DNA of 20,000 bases from an uncultured virus (IMG/VR IMGVR_UViG_3300045902_000133) (taxonomy: Duplodnaviria > Heunggongvirae > Uroviricota > Caudoviricetes): the IMG/VR virus record IMGVR_UViG_3300045902_000133; one strand, 5' to 3'. Each line of letters opens with the position of its first letter. Within the stretch, counting starts at the first letter, position 1. The notes under the pieces are model-generated. The model was not told the origin of the DNA and searched no databases. It saw only the letters and a program-made list of their open reading frames with translations. Positions 13,580 to 20,000 of this stretch are shown in pieces. Position numbers and translations under genes: made by a program.

Positions 13580-13801
13580 ATGACTGAAACGACTCCGCTT
13601 TTCCTGTTTGCTGGATCGACCTACTATCCCAAAGGTGGGATGTTGGATTTCATCGGCACCTTTGAGTCCGTCGAGGATGCCGAGAACGTGGTTCGATCCC
13701 CGGAACCCGACGAAGATGGTTATACCCCGACATACGATTGGTGGCACATTGCCACCGTCGTAGACGGTAAGCTCACCATCGTCAAGATTCACCGAGGCTG
13801 A
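13580..13801 (+). CDS. phage protein with YYPxGGxxDF and DWWHI motifs
   Basis: ATG 6 nt after the -10 box with no RBS. Confidence 0.8.
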   Translation: MTETTPLFLFAGSTYYPKGGMLDFIGTFESVEDAENVVRSPEPDEDGYTPTYDWWHIATVVDGKLTIVKIHRG

Positions 13802-13802
13802 T

Positions 13803-14000
13803 ATGCGCAATCGCATCGCTGTAGGCGATACGGTCGCCTTTCCTGTGGATGGCATTTATGTGACTGGGCGCGTCACGCGCCTTTTGCCCGCTGGCTGGCT
13901 CGTCAAGACGGTGGAAGGCCGTTTGAGTCGGCAGGTGGCAGTATTTCCGATGCGCACACCCGAGGAAGCGGCCGCACTGATCCATTGGATCTCCGCATAA
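13803..14000 (+). CDS. hypothetical protein (65 aa)
   Basis: GAGG RBS; 1 nt after the upstream stop. Confidence 0.7.
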   Translation: MRNRIAVGDTVAFPVDGIYVTGRVTRLLPAGWLVKTVEGRLSRQVAVFPMRTPEEAAALIHWISA

Positions 14001-14041
14001 CGACCGCCTCACAATCAGCCATAACCCCAACGAATACTGCT

Positions 14042-14215
14042 GTGCCTCGCTTGAATCTGCAACATCTTGATTTCGACGAAGTAGACGAACCCATTTTCGA
14101 ACCCGTGCGGCGTTCCACCGAACCCGTGAACGGTAAGCATGACCTTCAACGCCGTGCTGAAAACGGAATCAACCGATTTCGCAAGGCTCGTCTTTTGAAG
14201 GAGCAAACCCGCTAA
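14042..14215 (+). CDS. hypothetical protein (57 aa), start uncertain
   Basis: GTG at 14042 in the 13985..14215 frame; fills the operon gap. Confidence 0.5.
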   Translation: MPRLNLQHLDFDEVDEPIFEPVRRSTEPVNGKHDLQRRAENGINRFRKARLLKEQTR

Positions 14216-14246
14216 TGGAAAACTTCACGAACGGGAACAAGTGATC

Positions 14247-14639
14247 ATGAGCAACGCGATGATTCAGAAAACGGCAATGTCGGACCTTCTCAACACCTTC
14301 GCCTGGACAATCGGACGCGATACGATGAATCGTTTGATTGCTGACAGACTCGACTGTGCAGCGAACATGGAAAACGCGCACGTCAAGATCGCAATGGGTC
14401 GCAAGTTTGCCAAGGTCATCGTGGGGTCCAGTGTTCGGTATTTCGTCCGACTGACCGACGGCGTGATCTTCGCCTCGGCGAGTCACAATGCTCCGAACTT
14501 CAATCGTAGTTTTGGCACGCTGTGGACGATTGACGATTTCAACTGGGGCGGATACGAAGCGAGAGCGAAGTTTGGCACTCCCTGGAAGATGGTTCCCGTC
14601 AAGGGCGGCAGTGGATACCTGACGGCGGTGTCGGTGTGA
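14247..14639 (+). CDS. conserved phage protein (GRKFAKV...FV...DGxIFxxASxxAP family)
   Basis: Motif pattern seen in widespread phage hypothetical proteins. Confidence 0.75.
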   Translation: MSNAMIQKTAMSDLLNTFAWTIGRDTMNRLIADRLDCAANMENAHVKIAMGRKFAKVIVGSSVRYFVRLTDGVIFASASHNAPNFNRSFGTLWTIDDFNWGGYEARAKFGTPWKMVPVKGGSGYLTAVSV

Positions 14640-14794
14640 AGCGTGTCACCGAATACAAAAATTTCACGATTTATGTGAAACTGCCGGAAGGCGAGTATTA
14701 TGTGGCGGGGCATGCACAAATTTATCGGTCGCTTGCCTCAGCCAAGCGCGGAATTAATCGTTTAATCAAAAAAGATAAAATCGGCGGTAAGTAA
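14636..14794 (+). CDS. small basic protein (52 aa), not in ORF track
   Basis: GTGA overlap with the upstream stop; MKRVTEYKNFTIYVKLPEGEYYVAGHAQIYRSLASAKRGINRLIKKDKIGGK. Confidence 0.6.
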   Translation: MKRVTEYKNFTIYVKLPEGEYYVAGHAQIYRSLASAKRGINRLIKKDKIGGK

Positions 14795-14850
14795 CAAAAA
14801 TCTAACAACGCCGATTGGGTCTTGATTTCGCCCCCATTTTCGCGTAGATT
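14790..14850 (+). promoter_or_regulatory. degenerate box + promoter
   Basis: AGTAAC-N5-TCTAAC 14790-14806; 15 nt; TTGATT 14822-14827, 17 nt, TAGATT 14845-14850. Confidence 0.7.
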
Positions 14851-14897
14851 ACCCCGTGTAAAGAGCATGACGCGCAACCCTCTAAGGCAAAGGCAAC

Positions 14898-15119
14898 ATG
14901 GCACCCCGCATCAAGATGTCCGATGAAACCGAAACCGCGCTCCGTCGCGTGTGGGCCGAGGTGTCACCCGATGCCATCCCTTGTTCGTGGGACGAAGCGG
15001 CGGAACTGACCTTGGATCGTGTCGGTGGTGACGCAGGCCGTGAGATTGATAAGCTCATTGCCCGCCACGGGTATAATGCCGTATGCAAAGTTACGGTCGC
15101 CGCCCTCGGAGGTCCATAA
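14898..15119 (+). CDS. hypothetical protein (73 aa)
   Basis: ATG after AAGG, downstream of a promoter. Confidence 0.7.
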   Translation: MAPRIKMSDETETALRRVWAEVSPDAIPCSWDEAAELTLDRVGGDAGREIDKLIARHGYNAVCKVTVAALGGP

Positions 15120-15234
15120 CTAGGGTCCATATTACACAATTGTTACAGACCGCCTCACGATGTCCTCTTTTGAGGACACCGGGGATCAACTAAAGGGTGT
15201 AGTCGGTCAAGGGTGGAACGACCGGTGTAAAAGG

Positions 15235-15480
15235 TTAGTCGTCGTAAGCGTCGTAGTCTCCAAACTCTGCCGCAGCGATGGCTCGCTTCGCCGCCGTAGC
15301 GGGGCTAACGTCGTCTTCATACCAGTCGCGATACGGGCAATCCGGAAGGTCATCGACGCCAAGACCGAACGAGCGAACGAGCAAGAAGTTCACCTTGCCC
15401 TTCCATTGGGTGTAGGTTTGCATATCAATCATGGAAACTCGCCCTTCCACTGGGTGGGTGTAGGTTTGCGTATCAGTCAT
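15235..15480 (-). CDS. phage protein with DDLPDxPYRDWYED motif
   Basis: ATG at 15480, 6 nt after the -10 box. Confidence 0.8.
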   Translation of the reverse strand: MTDTQTYTHPVEGRVSMIDMQTYTQWKGKVNFLLVRSFGLGVDDLPDCPYRDWYEDDVSPATAAKRAIAAAEFGDYDAYDD

Positions 15481-15486
15481 GGAAGA

Positions 15487-15547
15487 ATAATAGCTCGAAA
15501 GTGTTTGAAACACAACCCCTCGTTATCGTTGTTACATTCTCGTTACA
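15487..15547 (-). promoter_or_regulatory. TGTAAC box + promoter (minus strand)
   Basis: TGTAAC-GAGAA-TGTAAC 15547-15531; 15 nt; TTGTGT, 17 nt, TATTAT ending at 15487. Confidence 0.85.
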
Positions 15548-15558
15548 AACCGGTTCGA

Positions 15559-16356
15559 TCAAGTCAGAAACGGAGCGGCATATCTGGCGACATATTCGCG
15601 ATTGAACAGATCGGGATTATTCCGAATGAAATCATAATATGGACGATAGGTATCATCCAACGATGCAAACGGCGTCAAGGCCCGAGTGGCTGGATCTCGG
15701 GATTGCTGCTTGTGATTTTCAAAATTGTCGGGATTATCAATATCGCCGCTTTGTTTGTGACCGGCGAGCTCGGCGGGGTCACTCCAATTGAAACAATACG
15801 ACGGAACAAAATTCGGGTTGTATTCGTCAAGTTGTCGTTCATCACGGAGTTGAGTATACCAACTCAATCCTTCATATCCAGTCAAGTCCGACCGAAAGCC
15901 AATTTCACGAATGCGAGACATACGGACAATAACCGAGGCTTCCAACGTGTTCTGAACCAATATGATTCCTTGTTGACTGGCGAAGAAACTATTTGCGGGT
16001 TTCCACGCATCTTTTCCTATTTCTGTGATGCCTTCTACGGCTTGTTGTAAATGCCACGGTAAGTAGATATCATCATCATCGGCCAACATGAAAAACTCCC
16101 CGGTCGCGTGTGTCACCGCGTCACGGCAAATATCGCCGCGATTTGTATAGGGAAGACCAGTCTGATAATTTCGGTCATTGTTGATCACGATGATTTGTTC
16201 GTCGGGGACGGCCAACGATATCGGATATTCCTGATCGGTATTGAAAATGATGAGCTCGGCGTGTCGATAGGTCTGAGCGTGGAATTGTGCAATGATACGT
16301 TCAACGCAGGTCGCCCGACGAAATGTTGTGCAGACGAAACTCACTTTATCCTTCAT
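15559..16356 (-). CDS. glycosyltransferase, GT-A fold (family 2-like)
   Basis: VSFVCTTFRR, QTY..ELIIF and ATGEFFMLADDDDIYLPWHL (DxD). Confidence 0.85.
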   Translation of the reverse strand: MKDKVSFVCTTFRRATCVERIIAQFHAQTYRHAELIIFNTDQEYPISLAVPDEQIIVINNDRNYQTGLPYTNRGDICRDAVTHATGEFFMLADDDDIYLPWHLQQAVEGITEIGKDAWKPANSFFASQQGIILVQNTLEASVIVRMSRIREIGFRSDLTGYEGLSWYTQLRDERQLDEYNPNFVPSYCFNWSDPAELAGHKQSGDIDNPDNFENHKQQSRDPATRALTPFASLDDTYRPYYDFIRNNPDLFNREYVARYAAPFLT

Positions 16357-16747
16357 ACACACCATCCTTGAGTTTATTCCATACTTCAGGACTCCAACTA
16401 TACAATGACCAGTGCCGAGCATATTGTGATTCAAATTTGCCGTAATGAAAATACTCGTAGTTATGATTTCGGAGTTGTTCAGCAACCGGCGCCTGTGGTA
16501 TTTCGTTCGGTAATCCCAGAAATTTTTTGATGGTCATGCCAAACCACGACGGACCATACCACCCACAGGAACTGTTCATTGATTGAACACAAAACTCTAA
16601 AATCGGCGACGCACGCTCTGCACCGAACACACCGTTCGGAATGGTGAAATACGAGTCATACTTGGTGAAAAATTCTGATGGAATGACATCATGTATAGAT
16701 TCTGGCTTATTCAAATATAATTGTTCAATTACTTGATTTTGTGTCAT
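16346..16747 (-). CDS. possible C-terminal half of a GT32-like glycosyltransferase (may be a fragment)
   Basis: PNGVFGAERASPIL...YGP...YARH resembles the GT32 C-terminal region; no N-terminal GGIYxDxD seen. Confidence 0.45.
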   Translation of the reverse strand: MTQNQVIEQLYLNKPESIHDVIPSEFFTKYDSYFTIPNGVFGAERASPILEFCVQSMNSSCGWYGPSWFGMTIKKFLGLPNEIPQAPVAEQLRNHNYEYFHYGKFESQYARHWSLYSWSPEVWNKLKDGVYEG

Positions 16748-16793
16748 ATGATTCAATAACCTATTTTTTTGATTGTTGCGGCTCCCCATACAC

Positions 16794-17915
16794 TTATTGG
16801 GTGGTTGTTGGAACCCCAATATAGGAATCTGATATCACGATATCGTCAAACCACTCGGATCGGGTATCGGCGGGATCGTTGAACCAGCTCGCAAACCACA
16901 CATCCCGCAGCGAGAAGTTCGACGGCATCGGTGTGGCCAAGTTCCCACTGTAATTGATGATCTGCACCCCGTCGATCCACATTCCGGCCTTTTGCTTGCC
17001 GGGTTCCGAGTAGTCCAACATTACCTCAATGTATCGCCAGCGATCCCTGAAGGTGTTCGGATGGTTCTGGGTGTAGATGGCTTGCGATGTCTCGAAGCCA
17101 GTCTGCCAGATGTTCCATGGGGCTATTGCGAAATCGTCGCCGTAGAACAGGAAGCCGTTCCACTGGATATTGAAGGTGCCGACGGCCCTGCCGCTCTGGC
17201 CATTGATGTCGGCTCGGATCCGGACGGTCTTCTTGATGCCGCTGTTGTCGGCGTTGGCCGACTGCTTGTAACGGAATCGTGCGTGCAACTTGAGACGAGT
17301 CCCGGTCACCGTGTGGGAGATGGCCTGGTCACGATCACCACCTCGTGTCCAATCGAACTGCACGCATCGTCCACCATTAGCAGTGGCATCGGTCACGATG
17401 CGGGGAGAACCCCAGCGACCCATGCCCGCCCAGCCGCCATCATCGAACCCATGACTGAACAGCACGCCGCTTGGCGGCGCTGCGGTTGTTGTTGGTGCAG
17501 CCGTTGTCGTTGTTGGAGCACGAGTCGTAGTCGTTGGAGCACGAGTCGTGGTTGTCGGTGCTAGCGTCGTAGTCGTCGGCGTAGCCGTGGTTGTGGTTGT
17601 TGGTGCAACCGTAGTCGTGGTTGGAGCTAGCGTCGTCGTTGTTGGAGCTCGAGTTGTCGTAGTTGGAGCTAGCGTCGTCGTTGTTGGAGCTCGAGTTGTG
17701 GTTGTCGGTGCTAGCGTAGTTGTAGTCGTCGGTGCAGCCGTGGTTGTGGTTGGAGCACGAGTCGTAGTCGTCGGCGTAGCCGTAGTTGTGGTTGTTGGTG
17801 CAACTGTAGTCGTGGTTGGAGCTAGCGTCGTGGTTGTTGGATCAGCCGTGGTTGTGGTCGTATGTGGACCCCGTTGCCGGCCGAGTAGTCGAAGCCATAG
17901 ATGATAGAAGGACAT
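16794..17915 (-). CDS. Thr/Pro-rich mucin-like protein with C-terminal beta-sandwich (lectin/polysaccharide-lyase-like) domain
   Basis: About 18 TTTTxAP units followed by LFSHGFDDG...WRYIEV...MWIDG...WFDDIVISDSYIG. Confidence 0.75.
   Translation of the reverse strand: MSFYHLWLRLLGRQRGPHTTTTTADPTTTTLAPTTTTVAPTTTTTATPTTTTRAPTTTTAAPTTTTTLAPTTTTRAPTTTTLAPTTTTRAPTTTTLAPTTTTVAPTTTTTATPTTTTLAPTTTTRAPTTTTRAPTTTTAAPTTTAAPPSGVLFSHGFDDGGWAGMGRWGSPRIVTDATANGGRCVQFDWTRGGDRDQAISHTVTGTRLKLHARFRYKQSANADNSGIKKTVRIRADINGQSGRAVGTFNIQWNGFLFYGDDFAIAPWNIWQTGFETSQAIYTQNHPNTFRDRWRYIEVMLDYSEPGKQKAGMWIDGVQIINYSGNLATPMPSNFSLRDVWFASWFNDPADTRSEWFDDIVISDSYIGVPTTTQ
17475..17861 (-). repeat. imperfect tandem repeat (mostly 21/24 bp) encoding TTTT(T)xAP
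   Basis: Visible in both DNA and translation; synonymous positions vary. Confidence 0.9.
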
Positions 17916-18020
17916 AGTTTTATCTTCAATGAAAGAGGGTTACGGAGACGGTCATAGACCATATATATAAGTAGAAAACTGATAAATAGAACAGATCATA
18001 TAACGAAAGTCATAGACATA

Positions 18021-18050
18021 AAAAAAAGAGCGATTTCTCGCTCTTTTTTC
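18021..18050 (-). terminator. intrinsic (potentially bidirectional) terminator
   Basis: A-tract-GAGCGA-TTTC-TCGCTC-T-tract; near reverse complement of 12479-12507. Confidence 0.85.
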
Positions 18051-18076
18051 GTTTCTCAGATAACCGCAAGTGGAAT

Positions 18077-18379
18077 CTAGGTCGGTGGCATCGTGGAAAA
18101 CTTATTGATCCACTCGACCAGCTCGTCGGGCGTCACCCAACCTTTCACCGTGTCATTGCCGAAATCATACATCTTGCCGGCAGCATCCCACGCAGCGATC
18201 TCGGCGTCAGCGCTACCAGTGCTACCCGCCTCGGCAGCGATCTCGTCGATGTCATGCCTATTCCAGACCCGATCATCATTGCGATTGGCACAATAGTTAA
18301 GTGGACCCCACTGCACCGAGAGTGTCCATCCGTTCTGAAACGTTATGTGGAAGCCCTTGTTCTGCGTGATTCTGAACAT
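18077..18379 (-). CDS. conserved phage protein (FxNGWTLSVQWGxxNY motif)
   Basis: NKGFHITFQNGWTLSVQWG, AEIAAW and VKGWVTPD motifs. Confidence 0.8.
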   Translation of the reverse strand: MFRITQNKGFHITFQNGWTLSVQWGPLNYCANRNDDRVWNRHDIDEIAAEAGSTGSADAEIAAWDAAGKMYDFGNDTVKGWVTPDELVEWINKFSTMPPT

Positions 18380-18392
18380 CGTGCGTTAAAGG

Positions 18393-18692
18393 TTAGTATC
18401 CAACATAATAGTCACCGAAAATGGCCCGCAGAACGTCATGTGGACCATAGGTGGAAAACTCCTTCCATCGATGACTGCCACGGTAATCCCAGATTGCGAT
18501 CTTGACCTTCCGCTTCGACCCCTTGACCGTCACATTCGCGGTCCACGAGTTTTCAACTTTATCGGGATCATCCTCGAAGTTCGGCTTGAATCCAAGAAAT
18601 GCGATGATTTCCCGAACGGTGATGCCGCTGAGACCGCCTGTGCGGTGACTCGGGAAATACTTCCGCGACGGAGTGATATTGGTGATTTTCAT
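18393..18692 (-). CDS. hypothetical phage protein
   Basis: ATG at 18692 after AAGGAG (in-frame ATG at 18716 is an alternative); DPDKV..W and AIWDY motifs. Confidence 0.75.
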   Translation of the reverse strand: MKITNITPSRKYFPSHRTGGLSGITVREIIAFLGFKPNFEDDPDKVENSWTANVTVKGSKRKVKIAIWDYRGSHRWKEFSTYGPHDVLRAIFGDYYVGY

Positions 18693-18721
18693 GGTCTCCT
18701 TGGTCGTTGTGGTCATAATGT

Positions 18722-18750
18722 ATAATACCACATTTCACAGAAGAACGCAA
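18722..18750 (-). promoter_or_regulatory. sigma70-like promoter preceded by a G14 tract
   Basis: TTGCGT 18750-18745, 17 nt, TATTAT 18727-18722. Confidence 0.75.
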
Positions 18751-18795
18751 GCCCCCCCCCCCCCCTCACACGATTTTTGTGTCAGCACGAATGGT

Positions 18796-18878
18796 TGTTG
18801 TCCTCTAAAGTGGACACATTGTAACAATTTCAGACCACCCCTTGCGAACGGCATGATTTTTGTTATATTATAGGTAAC
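18796..18878 (+). repeat. ~80-bp promoter-containing repeat, copy 1
   Basis: Matches 19184-19260 with a 6-bp indel; single TGTAAC at 18820; TTGCGA 18842-18847, TGn-TATATT 18864-18869. Confidence 0.85.
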
Positions 18879-18893
18879 TTCACCGCTAACGAT

Positions 18894-19196
18894 ATGCGAC
18901 TCTACCTCGACGACCTTCGCCAGACACCGCCTGATTTCGATCTTCGCGCCTACACTGCCGCTGAGGCGATTGAAATGCTCAAGACTGGTCAGATCACCAT
19001 GATCAGTTTTGACCACGATCTTGGCGAGCGCGAGTGTGGCACGGGTTACGATGTGGCTCTGTGGATCGAGAAACAAGTCTATACGAACCCCGAGTTTCGT
19101 ATGCCCGACTGGCGTGTTCACAGTGGCAACCCCGTGGGTGCTGGTAACATCCATCGCGCTATGCTCTCGGCAGCAAAACGCGCTGTTGTCCTCTAA
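18894..19196 (+). CDS. cyclic-phosphate-processing receiver-like domain protein
   Basis: LYLDDLR, ISFDHDLG, TGYDV and VHSGNPVG signature motifs. Confidence 0.85.
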   Translation: MRLYLDDLRQTPPDFDLRAYTAAEAIEMLKTGQITMISFDHDLGERECGTGYDVALWIEKQVYTNPEFRMPDWRVHSGNPVGAGNIHRAMLSAAKRAVVL

Positions 19197-19260
19197 CACA
19201 TTATAACGATTTCAGACCACCCCTTGCGGATGGCATGATTTTTGTTATATTGTAGGTAAC
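19184..19260 (+). repeat. ~80-bp promoter-containing repeat, copy 2
   Basis: See 18796-18878. Confidence 0.85.
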
Positions 19261-19278
19261 CTCAACGAGGAACGGAAA

Positions 19279-19401
19279 ATGCCCCATCAGCGCCGTGACC
19301 CAGATCACATCGGTTGGTGTGAGCGGATGTTCGTCGAGATGATTCTACCACTGCTCTCTCTCGCGCTGGCGATTTATTTCACCCGACGTCTCGACCGCTA
19401 A
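19279..19401 (+). CDS. small putative membrane protein (40 aa), not in ORF track
   Basis: GAGGA RBS; MPHQRRDPDHIGWCERMFVEMILPLLSLALAIYFTRRLDR. Confidence 0.55.
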   Translation: MPHQRRDPDHIGWCERMFVEMILPLLSLALAIYFTRRLDR

Positions 19402-19402
19402 T

Positions 19403-19744
19403 ATGATCACGGTAGTCAGCACAGCACGACCGACCATTTTTCGGCATCCAACCACGGGTCAACCGTGCTTGGCCGGTGGATCGATCACGCTAGTCAACGG
19501 CGTCAAGCCCTTGAGCGATTACCCTGCGGTGCCTGAAGGCACTAGACTTGAGGATATTTCATGGCAGCGTTTCGTATCGTCCCAATCGGCCAATCCACCC
19601 AAGGTCAAAACCGTGACCGTCAAAGGACGCACGGGCACCTATACCGTGACCGTGACTGGACCTCGGGCCACTTGCACGTGCCCAGGTTACGTGTTCCGCA
19701 AGACGTGCAAACACATAACCCAAGTGCTCAAGAGTCAACCGTGA
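19403..19744 (+). CDS. SWIM zinc-finger protein
   Basis: YTV...CTCPGYVFRKTCKHI (CxC-Xn-CxH). Confidence 0.85.
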   Translation: MITVVSTARPTIFRHPTTGQPCLAGGSITLVNGVKPLSDYPAVPEGTRLEDISWQRFVSSQSANPPKVKTVTVKGRTGTYTVTVTGPRATCTCPGYVFRKTCKHITQVLKSQP

Positions 19745-19859
19745 GTGGTTCCGTCCTGAGGGGTTTTTGGCGGTGGGCGTGGATTTTGAGACCACTTGTT
19801 GCATCGTTGCGACAATGGGAATAAATTTTCTAGGCTTATGAGCGGAAAGTTTTTCCCAT

Positions 19860-19876
19860 TGTAACGATTGTGTAAC
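19860..19876 (+). promoter_or_regulatory. TGTAAC-N5-TGTAAC box
   Basis: Exact box; no clear promoter at the usual spacing. Confidence 0.65.
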
Positions 19877-20000
19877 AAGTCGATGACTTTTTAGGACTCA
19901 AGCAATATCTTTTTACTAAGATAAAAGACCTAGCCAATTTTTATGTGGGCCAGGAGTAAATCAGCTAGACTTTCTACTATTTTCTACTATTTTTTCGGCT

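Noticed and set aside
15160..16050. 296-aa plus-strand ORF
   Set aside because: Overlaps two well-supported minus-strand genes and their promoter; no motifs.
17548..17904. Plus-strand Val-rich 118-aa ORF
   Set aside because: Antisense shadow of the Thr-rich repeat.
1763..19876. TGTAAC repeats as a CRISPR array or integron attC sites
   Set aside because: Copies are hundreds to thousands of bp apart and tied to promoters; there are no constant-length spacers, no attC-like inverted core structure, and no cas or integrase gene in the window.
1..20000. Stop-codon reassignment
   Set aside because: Long genes are intact under the standard code, TAA/TGA/TAG all end plausible ORFs, and no suppressor tRNA is seen.

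Overview
The window looks like the accessory/early region of a large tailed dsDNA phage (inference from gene content). It holds many small phage-type ORFs, an AAA+ ATPase, a gp88-like Cys-motif protein, rIIA and rIIB, a divergent lipoprotein signal peptidase, tRNA-Glu(UUC) and tRNA-Lys(UUU). There is also a minus-strand glycan block (Thr-rich mucin-like protein plus two glycosyltransferase-like ORFs), a cyclic-phosphate-processing receiver-like protein and a SWIM Zn-finger protein. Two non-coding layers stand out. (1) Most transcription units start at a repeated cassette of hairpin, TGTAAC-N5-TGTAAC direct repeat, 14-16 nt gap and sigma70-like promoter (13 exact and several degenerate boxes). 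Several cassettes place a start codon 5-6 nt after the -10 box, suggesting leaderless mRNAs. (2) About 1.07 kb (10386-11460) without a credible ORF is tiled with self-closed structured RNA modules. These include two real tRNAs, two aberrant tRNA-like RNAs, a GGAATTACCC three-way-junction motif found twice just 3' of tRNA ends, and a ~155-nt kissing-loop/pseudoknot RNA. All family calls come from motifs recognised by eye and all RNA folds from manual base-pairing; no searches were run.
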